Source: Candidatus Saccharimonadota bacterium
GTDB lineage: Bacteria > Patescibacteriota > Saccharimonadia > Saccharimonadales > Saccharimonadaceae
Assembly: GCA_017511685.1 (NCBI GenBank)
Contig: JAFWJE010000008.1
Location: 9,638-73,637, forward strand
Direction of reading: 5' to 3'
Length of the DNA stretch: 64,000 bases
Position numbers and translations under genes: made by a program
Shown: in pieces, positions 27,599 to 36,507 of the stretch
Layout of the letters: each line of letters starts with the position of its first letter
How positions within the stretch are numbered: the first letter of the stretch is position 1
Notes under the pieces: model-generated
What the model saw: only the letters and a program-made list of their open reading frames with translations
Database searches by the model: none
What the model was told of the DNA's origin: nothing

Positions 27599-28906
27599 GT
27601 GGGACTATTTCACAAGAAAACGATGCCTGTCACCAATAATTTATCAGCAGAACAGGCAGCACTGGCTGAAACCGTACTTAATTCCATCAATGACGGAGTG
27701 ATGATTGTTGATGCTAATGGATTAGTGAAATTAGCTAATCCAGCAGCGGCACGAATGACTGGTAATTCCCAACCGTCAGATATGCTGGGCCTATCATTTT
27801 TGTCGGTTCTAAGACTTACGACAGGCGAAGGTGCGACCCTGACTGACAGTCAAAATCCTTTGGCACAGGCCGCAGTAAATAACATGGAATTTTCTTCACG
27901 CGATTTTTATCTTTTGTCATTACAAGGCGAAGGCATCCCGATTGCAATTTCTTTAGTGCCGTCGGGTGGACGTTCTGCGGATAGGATTATCACTTTCAGG
28001 AATATCGCTGAGGAACTAGAAAAAGAGAGCGAACAGACGGAGTTTATTTCTACAGCATCGCACGAAATGCGTACGCCGGTAGCTTCGATTGAAGGTTATC
28101 TAGGGCTGGCACTCAATCCCTCTACGGCGACGATTGACGAGCGGGCGCGCAAGTACTTAACAGAGGCGCACGCCGCTTCGCAACATCTGGGCAAATTGTT
28201 CCAAGATTTACTGGATGTGACGCGGCTAGATGACAAGCGCGAAAAAGTACATTTGGTACCGACCGAGATGACCTCCGCGGTGAAAGAAATCGCCGATCGG
28301 CAGTTTGCGGCGATGGCTAACAAGCAGCTGACTTATACTTTTGGTTCTAATTCCGGTGTTGATGATAAAATGCAGCTGGGGCAGTTGGTATATGCGATGG
28401 TGGATATTGATTTCTTACAGGAAATCATGAATAACTTGATTGAAAATGCCATAAAATATACACCGGAGGGTGGCGCGATTTGGGTGGCGGTACGTGGCGA
28501 TGGCGACAATGTTTTAATAAACGTAACCGATACTGGTATGGGGATTTCGCCAGATAATTTGACGCATATTTTCCAGAAGTTTTACCGAGTAGATAATTCA
28601 CAGACACGAGAGATTGGCGGTACCGGACTAGGGCTTTACATCGTGAAGGAGCGAGTTGAGGCGATGGGTGGGCGCGTATGGGCGGAGAGTACTTTTTCCG
28701 AAGGTTCGACTTTTTATGTTTCCCTGCCGCGGATTTCTGAGGAGGAATATCAGCGGCAGCTTCTGGTGATACAAAATACCGCGGCGATGCCGATTGGGCC
28801 AGCGGCTGGTGCCGGACTGACGCCGACGGCAGCTTCGATGTCGGCAGGTGCGATTTTGGCGGCGGGAAATGGGACTAGTCAAATAAGCACAAGTGGTGTA
28901 CAATAA
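27599..28906 (+). CDS. PAS-domain sensor histidine kinase (cytoplasmic)
   Basis: PAS, SHEMRTP, NLIENAIKY, DTGMGI, GGTGLGL. Confidence 0.93.
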   Translation: MGLFHKKTMPVTNNLSAEQAALAETVLNSINDGVMIVDANGLVKLANPAAARMTGNSQPSDMLGLSFLSVLRLTTGEGATLTDSQNPLAQAAVNNMEFSSRDFYLLSLQGEGIPIAISLVPSGGRSADRIITFRNIAEELEKESEQTEFISTASHEMRTPVASIEGYLGLALNPSTATIDERARKYLTEAHAASQHLGKLFQDLLDVTRLDDKREKVHLVPTEMTSAVKEIADRQFAAMANKQLTYTFGSNSGVDDKMQLGQLVYAMVDIDFLQEIMNNLIENAIKYTPEGGAIWVAVRGDGDNVLINVTDTGMGISPDNLTHIFQKFYRVDNSQTREIGGTGLGLYIVKERVEAMGGRVWAESTFSEGSTFYVSLPRISEEEYQRQLLVIQNTAAMPIGPAAGAGLTPTAASMSAGAILAAGNGTSQISTSGVQ

Positions 28907-28926
28907 TAACAAATAGGAGAATCATA

Positions 28927-29634
28927 ATGACTAAAGTAATGCTAGTCGAAGACGATAAAAGTTTGCGAGAGATTTATAGTATCCGGTTAGTGGCTGAAGG
29001 CTACGAAGTAGTTTCGGCTGGTGACGGTGAGGAGGCTTTGGCAATGGCCGTCAAAGAACGGCCGGATTTGATCGTTTCTGACGTGATGATGCCGAAGATT
29101 TCTGGTTTTGATATGTTGGATATTCTCCGTTCTACTCCTGAAACTAAAGATATTAAGGTGATTATGATGACGGCGTTATCGTCCGAGGATCAGCGTCAGC
29201 GCGGTGAAAGTTTAGGAGCGAATAAGTATTTAGTGAAGTCGCAAGTGGGGATTGAGGACGTGATAAATGCCGTCCATGAAGTACTAGAAGGTGACGCATC
29301 AGCAGGGGCGTCTCCTTCGTCAGAAGATGCGCTCCTCAGTCGCGGTACCAGTAGTACCGCTCCTTCCGGTGCTCCTTCTTCCTCGGATACGCCTCCTGCT
29401 GATGTGTCACCGGTTAGTGTGTCACCGGCGGAGGCGGCACCAGCCGCATCGCCAGTGGTGGAACCAGTGGTGCCAGCCGCACAACCAGCAGAAACAGCAC
29501 CGCAGCCAGCTACGCAATCGGCAGAAGCGCAACCGGCGCAGCCAGTACAGAATGCAACTGGTGCGGCGATGGACCAGTTACTAAATGAGGCGCCTGCCCA
29601 AGACGCTGCTTGGCCAGGGACTGCTAGCCAATAG
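28927..29634 (+). CDS. Response regulator (receiver domain + disordered Pro/Ala tail)
   Basis: VEDD, SDVMMP, YLVK; no DNA-binding domain seen. Confidence 0.88.
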   Translation: MTKVMLVEDDKSLREIYSIRLVAEGYEVVSAGDGEEALAMAVKERPDLIVSDVMMPKISGFDMLDILRSTPETKDIKVIMMTALSSEDQRQRGESLGANKYLVKSQVGIEDVINAVHEVLEGDASAGASPSSEDALLSRGTSSTAPSGAPSSSDTPPADVSPVSVSPAEAAPAASPVVEPVVPAAQPAETAPQPATQSAEAQPAQPVQNATGAAMDQLLNEAPAQDAAWPGTASQ

Positions 29635-29642
29635 GTTTTCCC

Positions 29643-30344
29643 ATGAGTGATACCGCTAATAAAATCGGACAGACTGTGCGTCTTAATAAGTTTTTGGCGG
29701 AAAGATTAGGTCTATCAAGGCGGCAAGCTGATGATTTAATAGTTGCCGGTAAGGTAACTATCTCTGGAAAACCCGCTGTTCTAGGGGCACGTATTGACAA
29801 AAATGATAAAGTGTGCTATAATAGTAAGATAGTTCCCTTTGGTGTAAAATTTACTTATTTAGCACTAAATAAACCAGTCGGATACGTCTGCTCTAAAAAA
29901 CGGCAAGGCGAAACGCCGACCATCTATGAGCTTTTGCCAGAAAAATACCAAAACCTAAAAACTGTGGGGCGGCTGGATGCTAATTCATCCGGGCTGATTT
30001 TGCTGACTAATGACGGTGATTTTGCGTTTTCAATGACGCATCCAAAATTTGCCAAGGAAAAAATCTATGTCGTGGAGCTAACGCGGGCGCTGGAGCCGCT
30101 ACATCAACAAGAGATTGCCGATTTTGGAATCGAGCTTTCTGACGGCAAGTCGCAGATGGGACTTCTTAGGCTTGATGATAGCCGACGCAAATGGCAAGTG
30201 ACGATTTCCGAGGGGCGTAATCGACAGATTCGACGTACTTTTGCGGCGGTGGGATACGTCGTTTCTAAACTACATCGCATCCAATTTGGCAAATATCAAC
30301 TTTCTGGCCTAAAACCGGGCGAATTCGTAGAGATTAAACCCTAG
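29643..30344 (+). CDS. RsuA/RluB-family pseudouridine synthase
   Basis: S4 domain, NKPVGY, VGRLD, EGRNRQIRR. Confidence 0.93.
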   Translation: MSDTANKIGQTVRLNKFLAERLGLSRRQADDLIVAGKVTISGKPAVLGARIDKNDKVCYNSKIVPFGVKFTYLALNKPVGYVCSKKRQGETPTIYELLPEKYQNLKTVGRLDANSSGLILLTNDGDFAFSMTHPKFAKEKIYVVELTRALEPLHQQEIADFGIELSDGKSQMGLLRLDDSRRKWQVTISEGRNRQIRRTFAAVGYVVSKLHRIQFGKYQLSGLKPGEFVEIKP

Positions 30345-30346
30345 CA

Positions 30347-30388
30347 AAAAATCGGCCCGAAGCGTTGTGATTCTGGAGGCCGATTTTT
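30347..30388. terminator. Bidirectional terminator between convergent genes
   Basis: AAAAAATCGGCC...GGCCGATTTTT. Confidence 0.7.
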
Positions 30389-30393
30389 GAACT

Positions 30394-30651
30394 TTAAGCG
30401 GCGGGTGTGAGGTGCCACGACAAATCCTGCGAATTAAACGCAAGTACGTATCTGTCGCGGCCGGCCGCGATGTTGAATAGATGGATTGCTACGCCACCCG
30501 CGAATTTAATCTGGGTGCGAAGCAATTCGGTGACTTCGGTTTCGCCAGTCTCGCCACGACGCTTAAAGGAAAGCGGTTGGCAAGGCGTCATTTCGTAACC
30601 GAACAGCGCCATCACTTCAACTTGTTCTTTTTGTTGTAAATTATTTTTCAT
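30394..30651 (-). CDS. Small hypothetical protein
   Basis: 85 aa, AGGAG SD upstream. Confidence 0.7.
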   Translation of the reverse strand: MKNNLQQKEQVEVMALFGYEMTPCQPLSFKRRGETGETEVTELLRTQIKFAGGVAIHLFNIAAGRDRYVLAFNSQDLSWHLTPAA

Positions 30652-30807
30652 AAGTAACTCCTAGTTAAATTAATTAGAAGTCATTTATGCGAGCCTGATT
30701 TATTGGCTCCTGGCCAGAGGTATAAATGACGATACCAGAGGCTAAATAATTTTCTCATTGCCAGTGACCGAAGTATGGCAAGATAGTTTTATTATAGCAT
30801 AAGCGCG

Positions 30808-32082
30808 TTAGTTTTGTAAGACTTTGGCAATTTTGTCTTTGAGGCTGTGGCCTTCAGGTGCGCCAGCAATGGTGTCTAATGAAACGCGAAGTAGCCCTAG
30901 GGCGGTGATGAACGAATGGTCTAGTTCTATGTCAGTGGCATTGATGATGCCTGGAATGTCCTCAGCGCCAACAATGTGGATGACTGGACGGCGCGTGAAT
31001 GGCAAGTCTTCGTACCAATCGGAAGTGGCTAGTGTTTCTTGGATTTCGGATAGACCAGCGCCACCGCCACAGAGCAAAACTTGTTGTGGTAAAACTTCTA
31101 GGATATTGAAGTCCTCCAGTGCGAGCTGTACCCCGCCAACCCAAACTGCAAGATTTTTGTCGATGGCATCTTGCATTTTTTCACGGCCTGGCTCCGGGAG
31201 TTCTTTAGAATCGGGATTTAATTTGAAAAACTCAGCAGTGTCGTAATCGACGCCAAGAGCCTCGGCGATTTGGTGAGTAAAGCTGCGGCCGCCGATGCCA
31301 AACATCTTAGTGCCGTCTACGCCGCCGTCATCAACTACGGCGATGTCGGTAGTGCCGCCGCCGATGTCCATCACGATAGCGGAGAGATTACTGTCTGGAT
31401 CATCACCGAGACAAGCTCGGCAGACTGCAAATGGCTCCACGGCTACGGCAAGCAAATCTAAGCTGAGTTCGGCGCAGACTTTTTCGATGGCGGAAATGTG
31501 AACAAGCGGAGCGAAGGCAGTGTAAAATTGAATGGTAAGCTCGGAACCTTTGAAACCAATAGGGTTGCTGACTTTGTAGCCGTCAATCACTAGACTGACG
31601 ATGGCGGAATTTATGAGACGAACTTCAATATCAGGATTGTTAGTCTCAAGAGCCACTTCTTTTCTGGCTAATTCCCCGGCGCGGTCTTGGACACGCTTGA
31701 TAATTAGCGACATTTCTTGCTCGGAGAGCGGGCGGTTGCCGTTTTTACGTTTATAATGAACGGTGGCAGTATTACCCTTAACTAGCTCGCCGGCGATACC
31801 GACGGAAACTAATTTGCAAGTAACATTAGCCTGCTTTTCCGCATCGGCAAGCGCGCGTTCACAAGTGCCAACTACGGCGCCAATGTCAGCAATCGCACCG
31901 GCGTGCATATTGGATGGATTCTGGTGCGCGCGGCCAACGCCAATAATTTCTAGGCTGCCGTCTTTTAGCTGGCGAGAAATGACAGCTTTGACAAATTCAG
32001 TACCAATGTCTAGGGCTAGCAAAACATCGTCAGGAGGAGGAGTAGGTTTTAGCTTTGGTTTTTTATCTTTTATAATACCCAT
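30808..32082 (-). CDS. FtsA-like actin-family protein
   Basis: LALDIGTEFVK, MDIGGGTTD, IGGRSFT, LCGGG; start moved to ATG 32082. Confidence 0.85.
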   Translation of the reverse strand: MGIIKDKKPKLKPTPPPDDVLLALDIGTEFVKAVISRQLKDGSLEIIGVGRAHQNPSNMHAGAIADIGAVVGTCERALADAEKQANVTCKLVSVGIAGELVKGNTATVHYKRKNGNRPLSEQEMSLIIKRVQDRAGELARKEVALETNNPDIEVRLINSAIVSLVIDGYKVSNPIGFKGSELTIQFYTAFAPLVHISAIEKVCAELSLDLLAVAVEPFAVCRACLGDDPDSNLSAIVMDIGGGTTDIAVVDDGGVDGTKMFGIGGRSFTHQIAEALGVDYDTAEFFKLNPDSKELPEPGREKMQDAIDKNLAVWVGGVQLALEDFNILEVLPQQVLLCGGGAGLSEIQETLATSDWYEDLPFTRRPVIHIVGAEDIPGIINATDIELDHSFITALGLLRVSLDTIAGAPEGHSLKDKIAKVLQN

Positions 32083-32107
32083 GGTTATATTATAGCATAT
32101 TATTGTT

Positions 32108-32330
32108 AAATCAAAAATAAATGGGTCCTGGCTCACAGGTTTTTGCTCACATCAGTTTTACTGAACGGTTTGCTCACGTCAAGTCAAAAATCAGTCTGTT
32201 AGTCGGCTCTGCGTCGCGGATGGGACGCGTGCTCGAGCCGTACCAGACTGATTTTTGACTTGGTTCGCAAAATGTTCAGCAAAACCGACGTAGCGCAAAA
32301 ACCGTTTCGTCACCCATTTATTTTTGGTTT
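32108..32330. repeat. Long imperfect palindromic element, copy 1
   Basis: Nested inverted repeats; near-identical to 41781-41998. Confidence 0.9.
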
Positions 32331-32348
32331 ACATGGTATAATAGTAGC

Positions 32349-32927
32349 ATGATTGCGCATATAAAAGGTAAAGTTGTAGAAAAGTTTGGTAGCTCGGTGA
32401 TTGTGGATGTTGCGGGAGTGGGGTATGAGATTGCGCTTTCGGCGCTGGATTTTGAGGAGGTGCAGCTTTTGGAGGAACGGAAGTTTTATACTTACCATAA
32501 AATCTCGGAGACTTCGGAGGATTTGTATGGATTCTCAACGCTGGCGGCAAAAAAGATTTTTGAACTTTTGATTTCCGTAAACGGCGTGGGGCCGAAAGCG
32601 GCGATGGCGATTTTGTCGTTAGCGGCACCAGAGGAAGTGCGTAACGCTATTGCGAATGGTGATGCGACGTTTGTGTCCAAGGCGGCGGGAGTTGGCAAAA
32701 AATCAGCAGAGCGGGTAATTGTGGATCTTAGAGACAAAGTCGGCCTGCCAAGCCATTATGGCGCAACGGAAGTAGTGGCGCCGGGCGGTGCAACAGACGA
32801 ACATGATGAGGCGCTAGATGCTTTGATGGCGCTAGGTTTTCCTTTGAAGGAAGCCACAGAAGCACTGGCTGGCGTGGATAAAAATCTACCGACAGAGCAG
32901 CGCATCAAAGCGGCGCTTTCAAAATAG
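32349..32927 (+). CDS. ruvA: Holliday junction branch migration protein RuvA
   Basis: VAGVGYEI, DLYGF, VNGVGPKAAMAIL, ALMALGF. Confidence 0.96.
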   Translation: MIAHIKGKVVEKFGSSVIVDVAGVGYEIALSALDFEEVQLLEERKFYTYHKISETSEDLYGFSTLAAKKIFELLISVNGVGPKAAMAILSLAAPEEVRNAIANGDATFVSKAAGVGKKSAERVIVDLRDKVGLPSHYGATEVVAPGGATDEHDEALDALMALGFPLKEATEALAGVDKNLPTEQRIKAALSK

Positions 32928-32936
32928 CTCCCCCTC

Positions 32937-33410
32937 TTAGATTTTAGCAAGCAAAGAATGAGTAATGGCGGCGGCTAAAGCATCAGCCGCGTCGTCCGGC
33001 TTTGGTACTTGATCCAACTTTAGATGTAGACGCACCATTTCCTGCATTTGTTTTTTGTCGGCATGACCAAAACCGGTCATAGTCTTTTTGATTTCGTTTG
33101 GCGAATATTCAAAAATTGGTAGTTTTTCCTGCTTGGCGACTAGAATGCAAACGCCGCGCGCCTCCGCGACGGAAATGCCGGTGGTGATGTTTTGCATGAA
33201 AAATAATTTTTCAATACTAACGACGTCCGGTTTGGTACTGGTGATAATTTCGTGGAGCGAATCGTAAATATCTTCCAGACGCTCCGGTAATGGTGTGTGT
33301 GGTGGAGTAGAAATCACCCCGGCGTCAACCAGTGTCGGCCGACCTTTTTTAATGTCAATCACGCCAAACCCACAAATGCCAGTACCAGGGTCAATCCCTA
33401 AAATTCTCAT
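32937..33410 (-). CDS. ruvC: Crossover junction endonuclease RuvC
   Basis: ILGIDPG, IEKLFF, EARGV, DDAADALA. Confidence 0.96.
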   Translation of the reverse strand: MRILGIDPGTGICGFGVIDIKKGRPTLVDAGVISTPPHTPLPERLEDIYDSLHEIITSTKPDVVSIEKLFFMQNITTGISVAEARGVCILVAKQEKLPIFEYSPNEIKKTMTGFGHADKKQMQEMVRLHLKLDQVPKPDDAADALAAAITHSLLAKI

Positions 33411-33425
33411 ACCATATATTATACA

Positions 33426-34793
33426 CTATTTTTCGTTCATGTATTTGATGAGGGTGCTGCGCAAATCGCGGACGGGATAGGCGAATTTGTCCTTGACGGT
33501 GGCAGGGGCGATGGCGTGGGTGAAGCCAAGTTTCTTAGCCTCAGCGATGCGCTGGTCGGGGCGAAAGGCCGAGCGAATTTCGCCGCCTAAACCAACTTCG
33601 CCAAACACCACGTATTTTTCCGATAATTTACGTCCGGCGCAAGCGGAGGCGATGGCCATACAGACTGCTAAGTCAGCACCGGCGTCTTGAACTTTAAGGC
33701 CACCGACAACATTAATAAAAATGTCTTTGTCGGAAAGGCGGAGTTTAGTGCGGCGTTCCAAAACCGCAATCAACAAATTGAGACGGTTCAAGTCGAAACC
33801 GGAGGCGGTGCGTTTTGGATAGCCAAAATTGGACGGCGTAACTAGCGCCTGAATCTCTACCAAAATTGGGCGGGCGCCTTCTAGGGTTGCTAGAATAATT
33901 GAGCCGTCAGTATTTTGCCGCTCGGCGAGGAGGGCTGCGGAAGGGTTTTCGACTTCAGAAAGTCCGGTGTCGTTCATTTCAAAAATCGCAACTTCCGACG
34001 TAGAACCAAAACGGTTTTTGATGGCGCGGACGGTCTTGAATCCGCCGTAACGATCGCCTTCAAAATTCATCACCACGTCCACCAAATGCTCTAGGACTTT
34101 CGGCCCGGCAAGTGTACCGTCTTTAGTGACGTGACCGACGATAATGACGGCGGTGTCGGTGGCCTTGGCGGCGCGGATAATTAAATTGCCGCAGTTAGTA
34201 ACTTGCGAAACGGTACCCGGTGCGGAGGAAATCTCGGCGAGCGACAAGGTCTGGATGGAATCCACAATGACTAGATTATAATCGCCGGTTTCAATAGTTT
34301 TAGCGATGTCATTGCCGGAAGTGGAGCTGGCGAAAAAGAGTTGGTCGGATTCGGCGCCGAGACGGGTGGCGCGGAGTTTGACCTGGCCTGCGGATTCCTC
34401 GCCGGAAATGTAGAGAACCTTGTGATTTTTGGAGATTTCGGCACAAATCTGCATGAGGAGCGTGGACTTGCCAATACCAGGTTGACCGGCGAGCAACGAA
34501 ACGGAGCCTTGTAAAATACCGCCACCTAGAACTATGTCTAAATCCTTGAAGTTAGTGACGAGGCGTGCTTTGGCATCAGACGGAATGATAGTTTTGATAC
34601 CGGCGACACTGAGTTTCTTGCCGGAAATTTGACCCTTGGCGATGGCGGATTTAGCAGCCGCCGTTTCGGCAACGGATGGAACGGCTTGTTCAACCAGAGT
34701 ATTCCACTCGCCACAATTATCACACCGGCCTGCCCATTTTACGAAAGTCTTTCCGCAGTTAGTACAAACAAACTCTGATTTTGGTTTTGCCAC
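33426..34793 (-). CDS. radA: DNA repair protein RadA/Sms
   Basis: Zn finger, GQPGIGKST, KNRFG, GEVGLGGE. Confidence 0.97.
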   Translation of the reverse strand: MAKPKSEFVCTNCGKTFVKWAGRCDNCGEWNTLVEQAVPSVAETAAAKSAIAKGQISGKKLSVAGIKTIIPSDAKARLVTNFKDLDIVLGGGILQGSVSLLAGQPGIGKSTLLMQICAEISKNHKVLYISGEESAGQVKLRATRLGAESDQLFFASSTSGNDIAKTIETGDYNLVIVDSIQTLSLAEISSAPGTVSQVTNCGNLIIRAAKATDTAVIIVGHVTKDGTLAGPKVLEHLVDVVMNFEGDRYGGFKTVRAIKNRFGSTSEVAIFEMNDTGLSEVENPSAALLAERQNTDGSIILATLEGARPILVEIQALVTPSNFGYPKRTASGFDLNRLNLLIAVLERRTKLRLSDKDIFINVVGGLKVQDAGADLAVCMAIASACAGRKLSEKYVVFGEVGLGGEIRSAFRPDQRIAEAKKLGFTHAIAPATVKDKFAYPVRDLRSTLIKYMNEK

Positions 34794-34853
34794 TTGACTT
34801 TTTCCTCCTTGTGTGGTATAATAGTATTATGGAGCCGCTTCGTGCGGCTATTC

Positions 34854-35474
34854 TTATTTTAGCACCTTGTCAATAATACCGTATTTTTTAGCTTCCTCGG
34901 CAGACATCCAATTATCGCGATCCATATCCTTTTCTACAGTAGCAATATCTTTGCCAGTATTTTTGGCGAGCATTTCAATCAACAATTTTTTAAGATAAAG
35001 ACCTTCTTTTAGCTCGATTTCTTGGTCGGTGACTTTGCTGGTCGGCGAACCGTAGGACGGTTGATGAATCATAATGCGCGAATTTGGCAAAACAATGCGT
35101 TTACCCTTAGCGCCAGCGGACAAAAGCATGGCACCCATTGAGGCTTGGAGGCCGATGCCGATAGTCTGAACGTCTGGCTCAATATAATTCATTGTATCAA
35201 TGATGGCAAGGCCGTCATAGACGCTGCCGCCAGGAGAATTAATGTAGAGTTTAATGTCTTTTTTCGGATCCTCATGAGCTAGGAATAAAAGCTGGGCAAT
35301 TACGAGATTGGCCGTATGCGGATTGACATCCTCACCAAGAAAGACGATGCGGTCAGTCAAAAGGCGCGAGTAAATATCGTAGGCGCGCTCACCTTTATTG
35401 GTTTCCTCGACTACAGTCGGCACGAGATAGTCGGAGGTCAGAGTTTTAGATTTAGAATTAGTTTGCTTAATCAT
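34854..35474 (-). CDS. clpP: ATP-dependent Clp protease proteolytic subunit
   Basis: DIYSRLL, INSPGG, ASMGA, HQP, DRD. Confidence 0.97.
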   Translation of the reverse strand: MIKQTNSKSKTLTSDYLVPTVVEETNKGERAYDIYSRLLTDRIVFLGEDVNPHTANLVIAQLLFLAHEDPKKDIKLYINSPGGSVYDGLAIIDTMNYIEPDVQTIGIGLQASMGAMLLSAGAKGKRIVLPNSRIMIHQPSYGSPTSKVTDQEIELKEGLYLKKLLIEMLAKNTGKDIATVEKDMDRDNWMSAEEAKKYGIIDKVLK

Positions 35475-35486
35475 ATTTTCCTTTCT

Positions 35487-36506
35487 TTAATTTAGTTTAT
35501 CTGCTTCCTTATTGGAATTCATAGCATTTTCTAGAGTCTCGCCGCGAATAATGTTGTCATTATATTCAGCGACTAGCGTATTGTAATGGTCAACGAGATC
35601 GCTAAGCTCTCCGTAAACATCCTCCAGCGCGGATTGTTTGGCGACGAGTTGACTTCTGCGCGCATAAAAACCTGCATCGGTCGCAAAGCAATTTGGGGTG
35701 CTGGCGCAGCGATTAAATTCGTCAATTTGGCCAGAAAGTTCCTCGGCTGCTTTGGTGTAATCGCTGGTTTTCTGCTCAATTTCAGCGCCTAGTTTTTCTA
35801 GTTCGCTAGACAGTGCGTCAATCTCCGCTTCCAGTTCTTTGAACGGAGTGATGTAGCTGTCGTAAAAACTGACAATGTAATCTTGGTCTTTGAAAATTTT
35901 GGCGTAATGTTTTTCTAGGGTTTCCGGCAAATCAGCAATCTGCGTGCCGATGCGCGAGTGGAGTTCCTCGATGCGCTCGTGGTCGCCGTAAGTCTCTAAA
36001 TCTTCAGCTAATTCAGCGTGGTATTTTTCATTATTATAAACTTCCATTAGCACGTCAACGATGGTATTTTTTTCATTATTGCCCATGCGTGCCCAAGCGG
36101 CGTGGAGTAACTCATGAGCGGCGGTAGATTCGATGACGCCGGGAAGTTCATCACTTTTAATATCGTAAATATAGATACGGTCTTTACCGTAGCAGCCTAA
36201 GATAGAAATATCTTGGTTATGCGATTTGCAATCTTCGTTGAAATCATCGCGATTTTCTAAAGATGGATTGGTGGCGGCAAACATTAAATCACCACGCGGA
36301 GTAAGCATTAAAGAATTTTGAACATTTATAACGTCGGTCGTCGGGTGGTAATTAAAACTCAGAAACCAGTCAGTAATAATAGTCCGATTTAGGTAGCATA
36401 AAAAGCCGATGGCGATACTTAAAACAACAAAGATAGTAGCAATGACTGGCCACTTAACACTACCGCGTTTAGACTGATTATAATTGTTGGTCTGAGACTT
36501 TTTCAT
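35487..36506 (-). CDS. Membrane-anchored HEXXH protein with C-terminal coiled coil
   Basis: TM helix, AAHELLH...EELHS. Confidence 0.65.
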   Translation of the reverse strand: MKKSQTNNYNQSKRGSVKWPVIATIFVVLSIAIGFLCYLNRTIITDWFLSFNYHPTTDVINVQNSLMLTPRGDLMFAATNPSLENRDDFNEDCKSHNQDISILGCYGKDRIYIYDIKSDELPGVIESTAAHELLHAAWARMGNNEKNTIVDVLMEVYNNEKYHAELAEDLETYGDHERIEELHSRIGTQIADLPETLEKHYAKIFKDQDYIVSFYDSYITPFKELEAEIDALSSELEKLGAEIEQKTSDYTKAAEELSGQIDEFNRCASTPNCFATDAGFYARRSQLVAKQSALEDVYGELSDLVDHYNTLVAEYNDNIIRGETLENAMNSNKEADKLN

Positions 36507-36507
36507 A

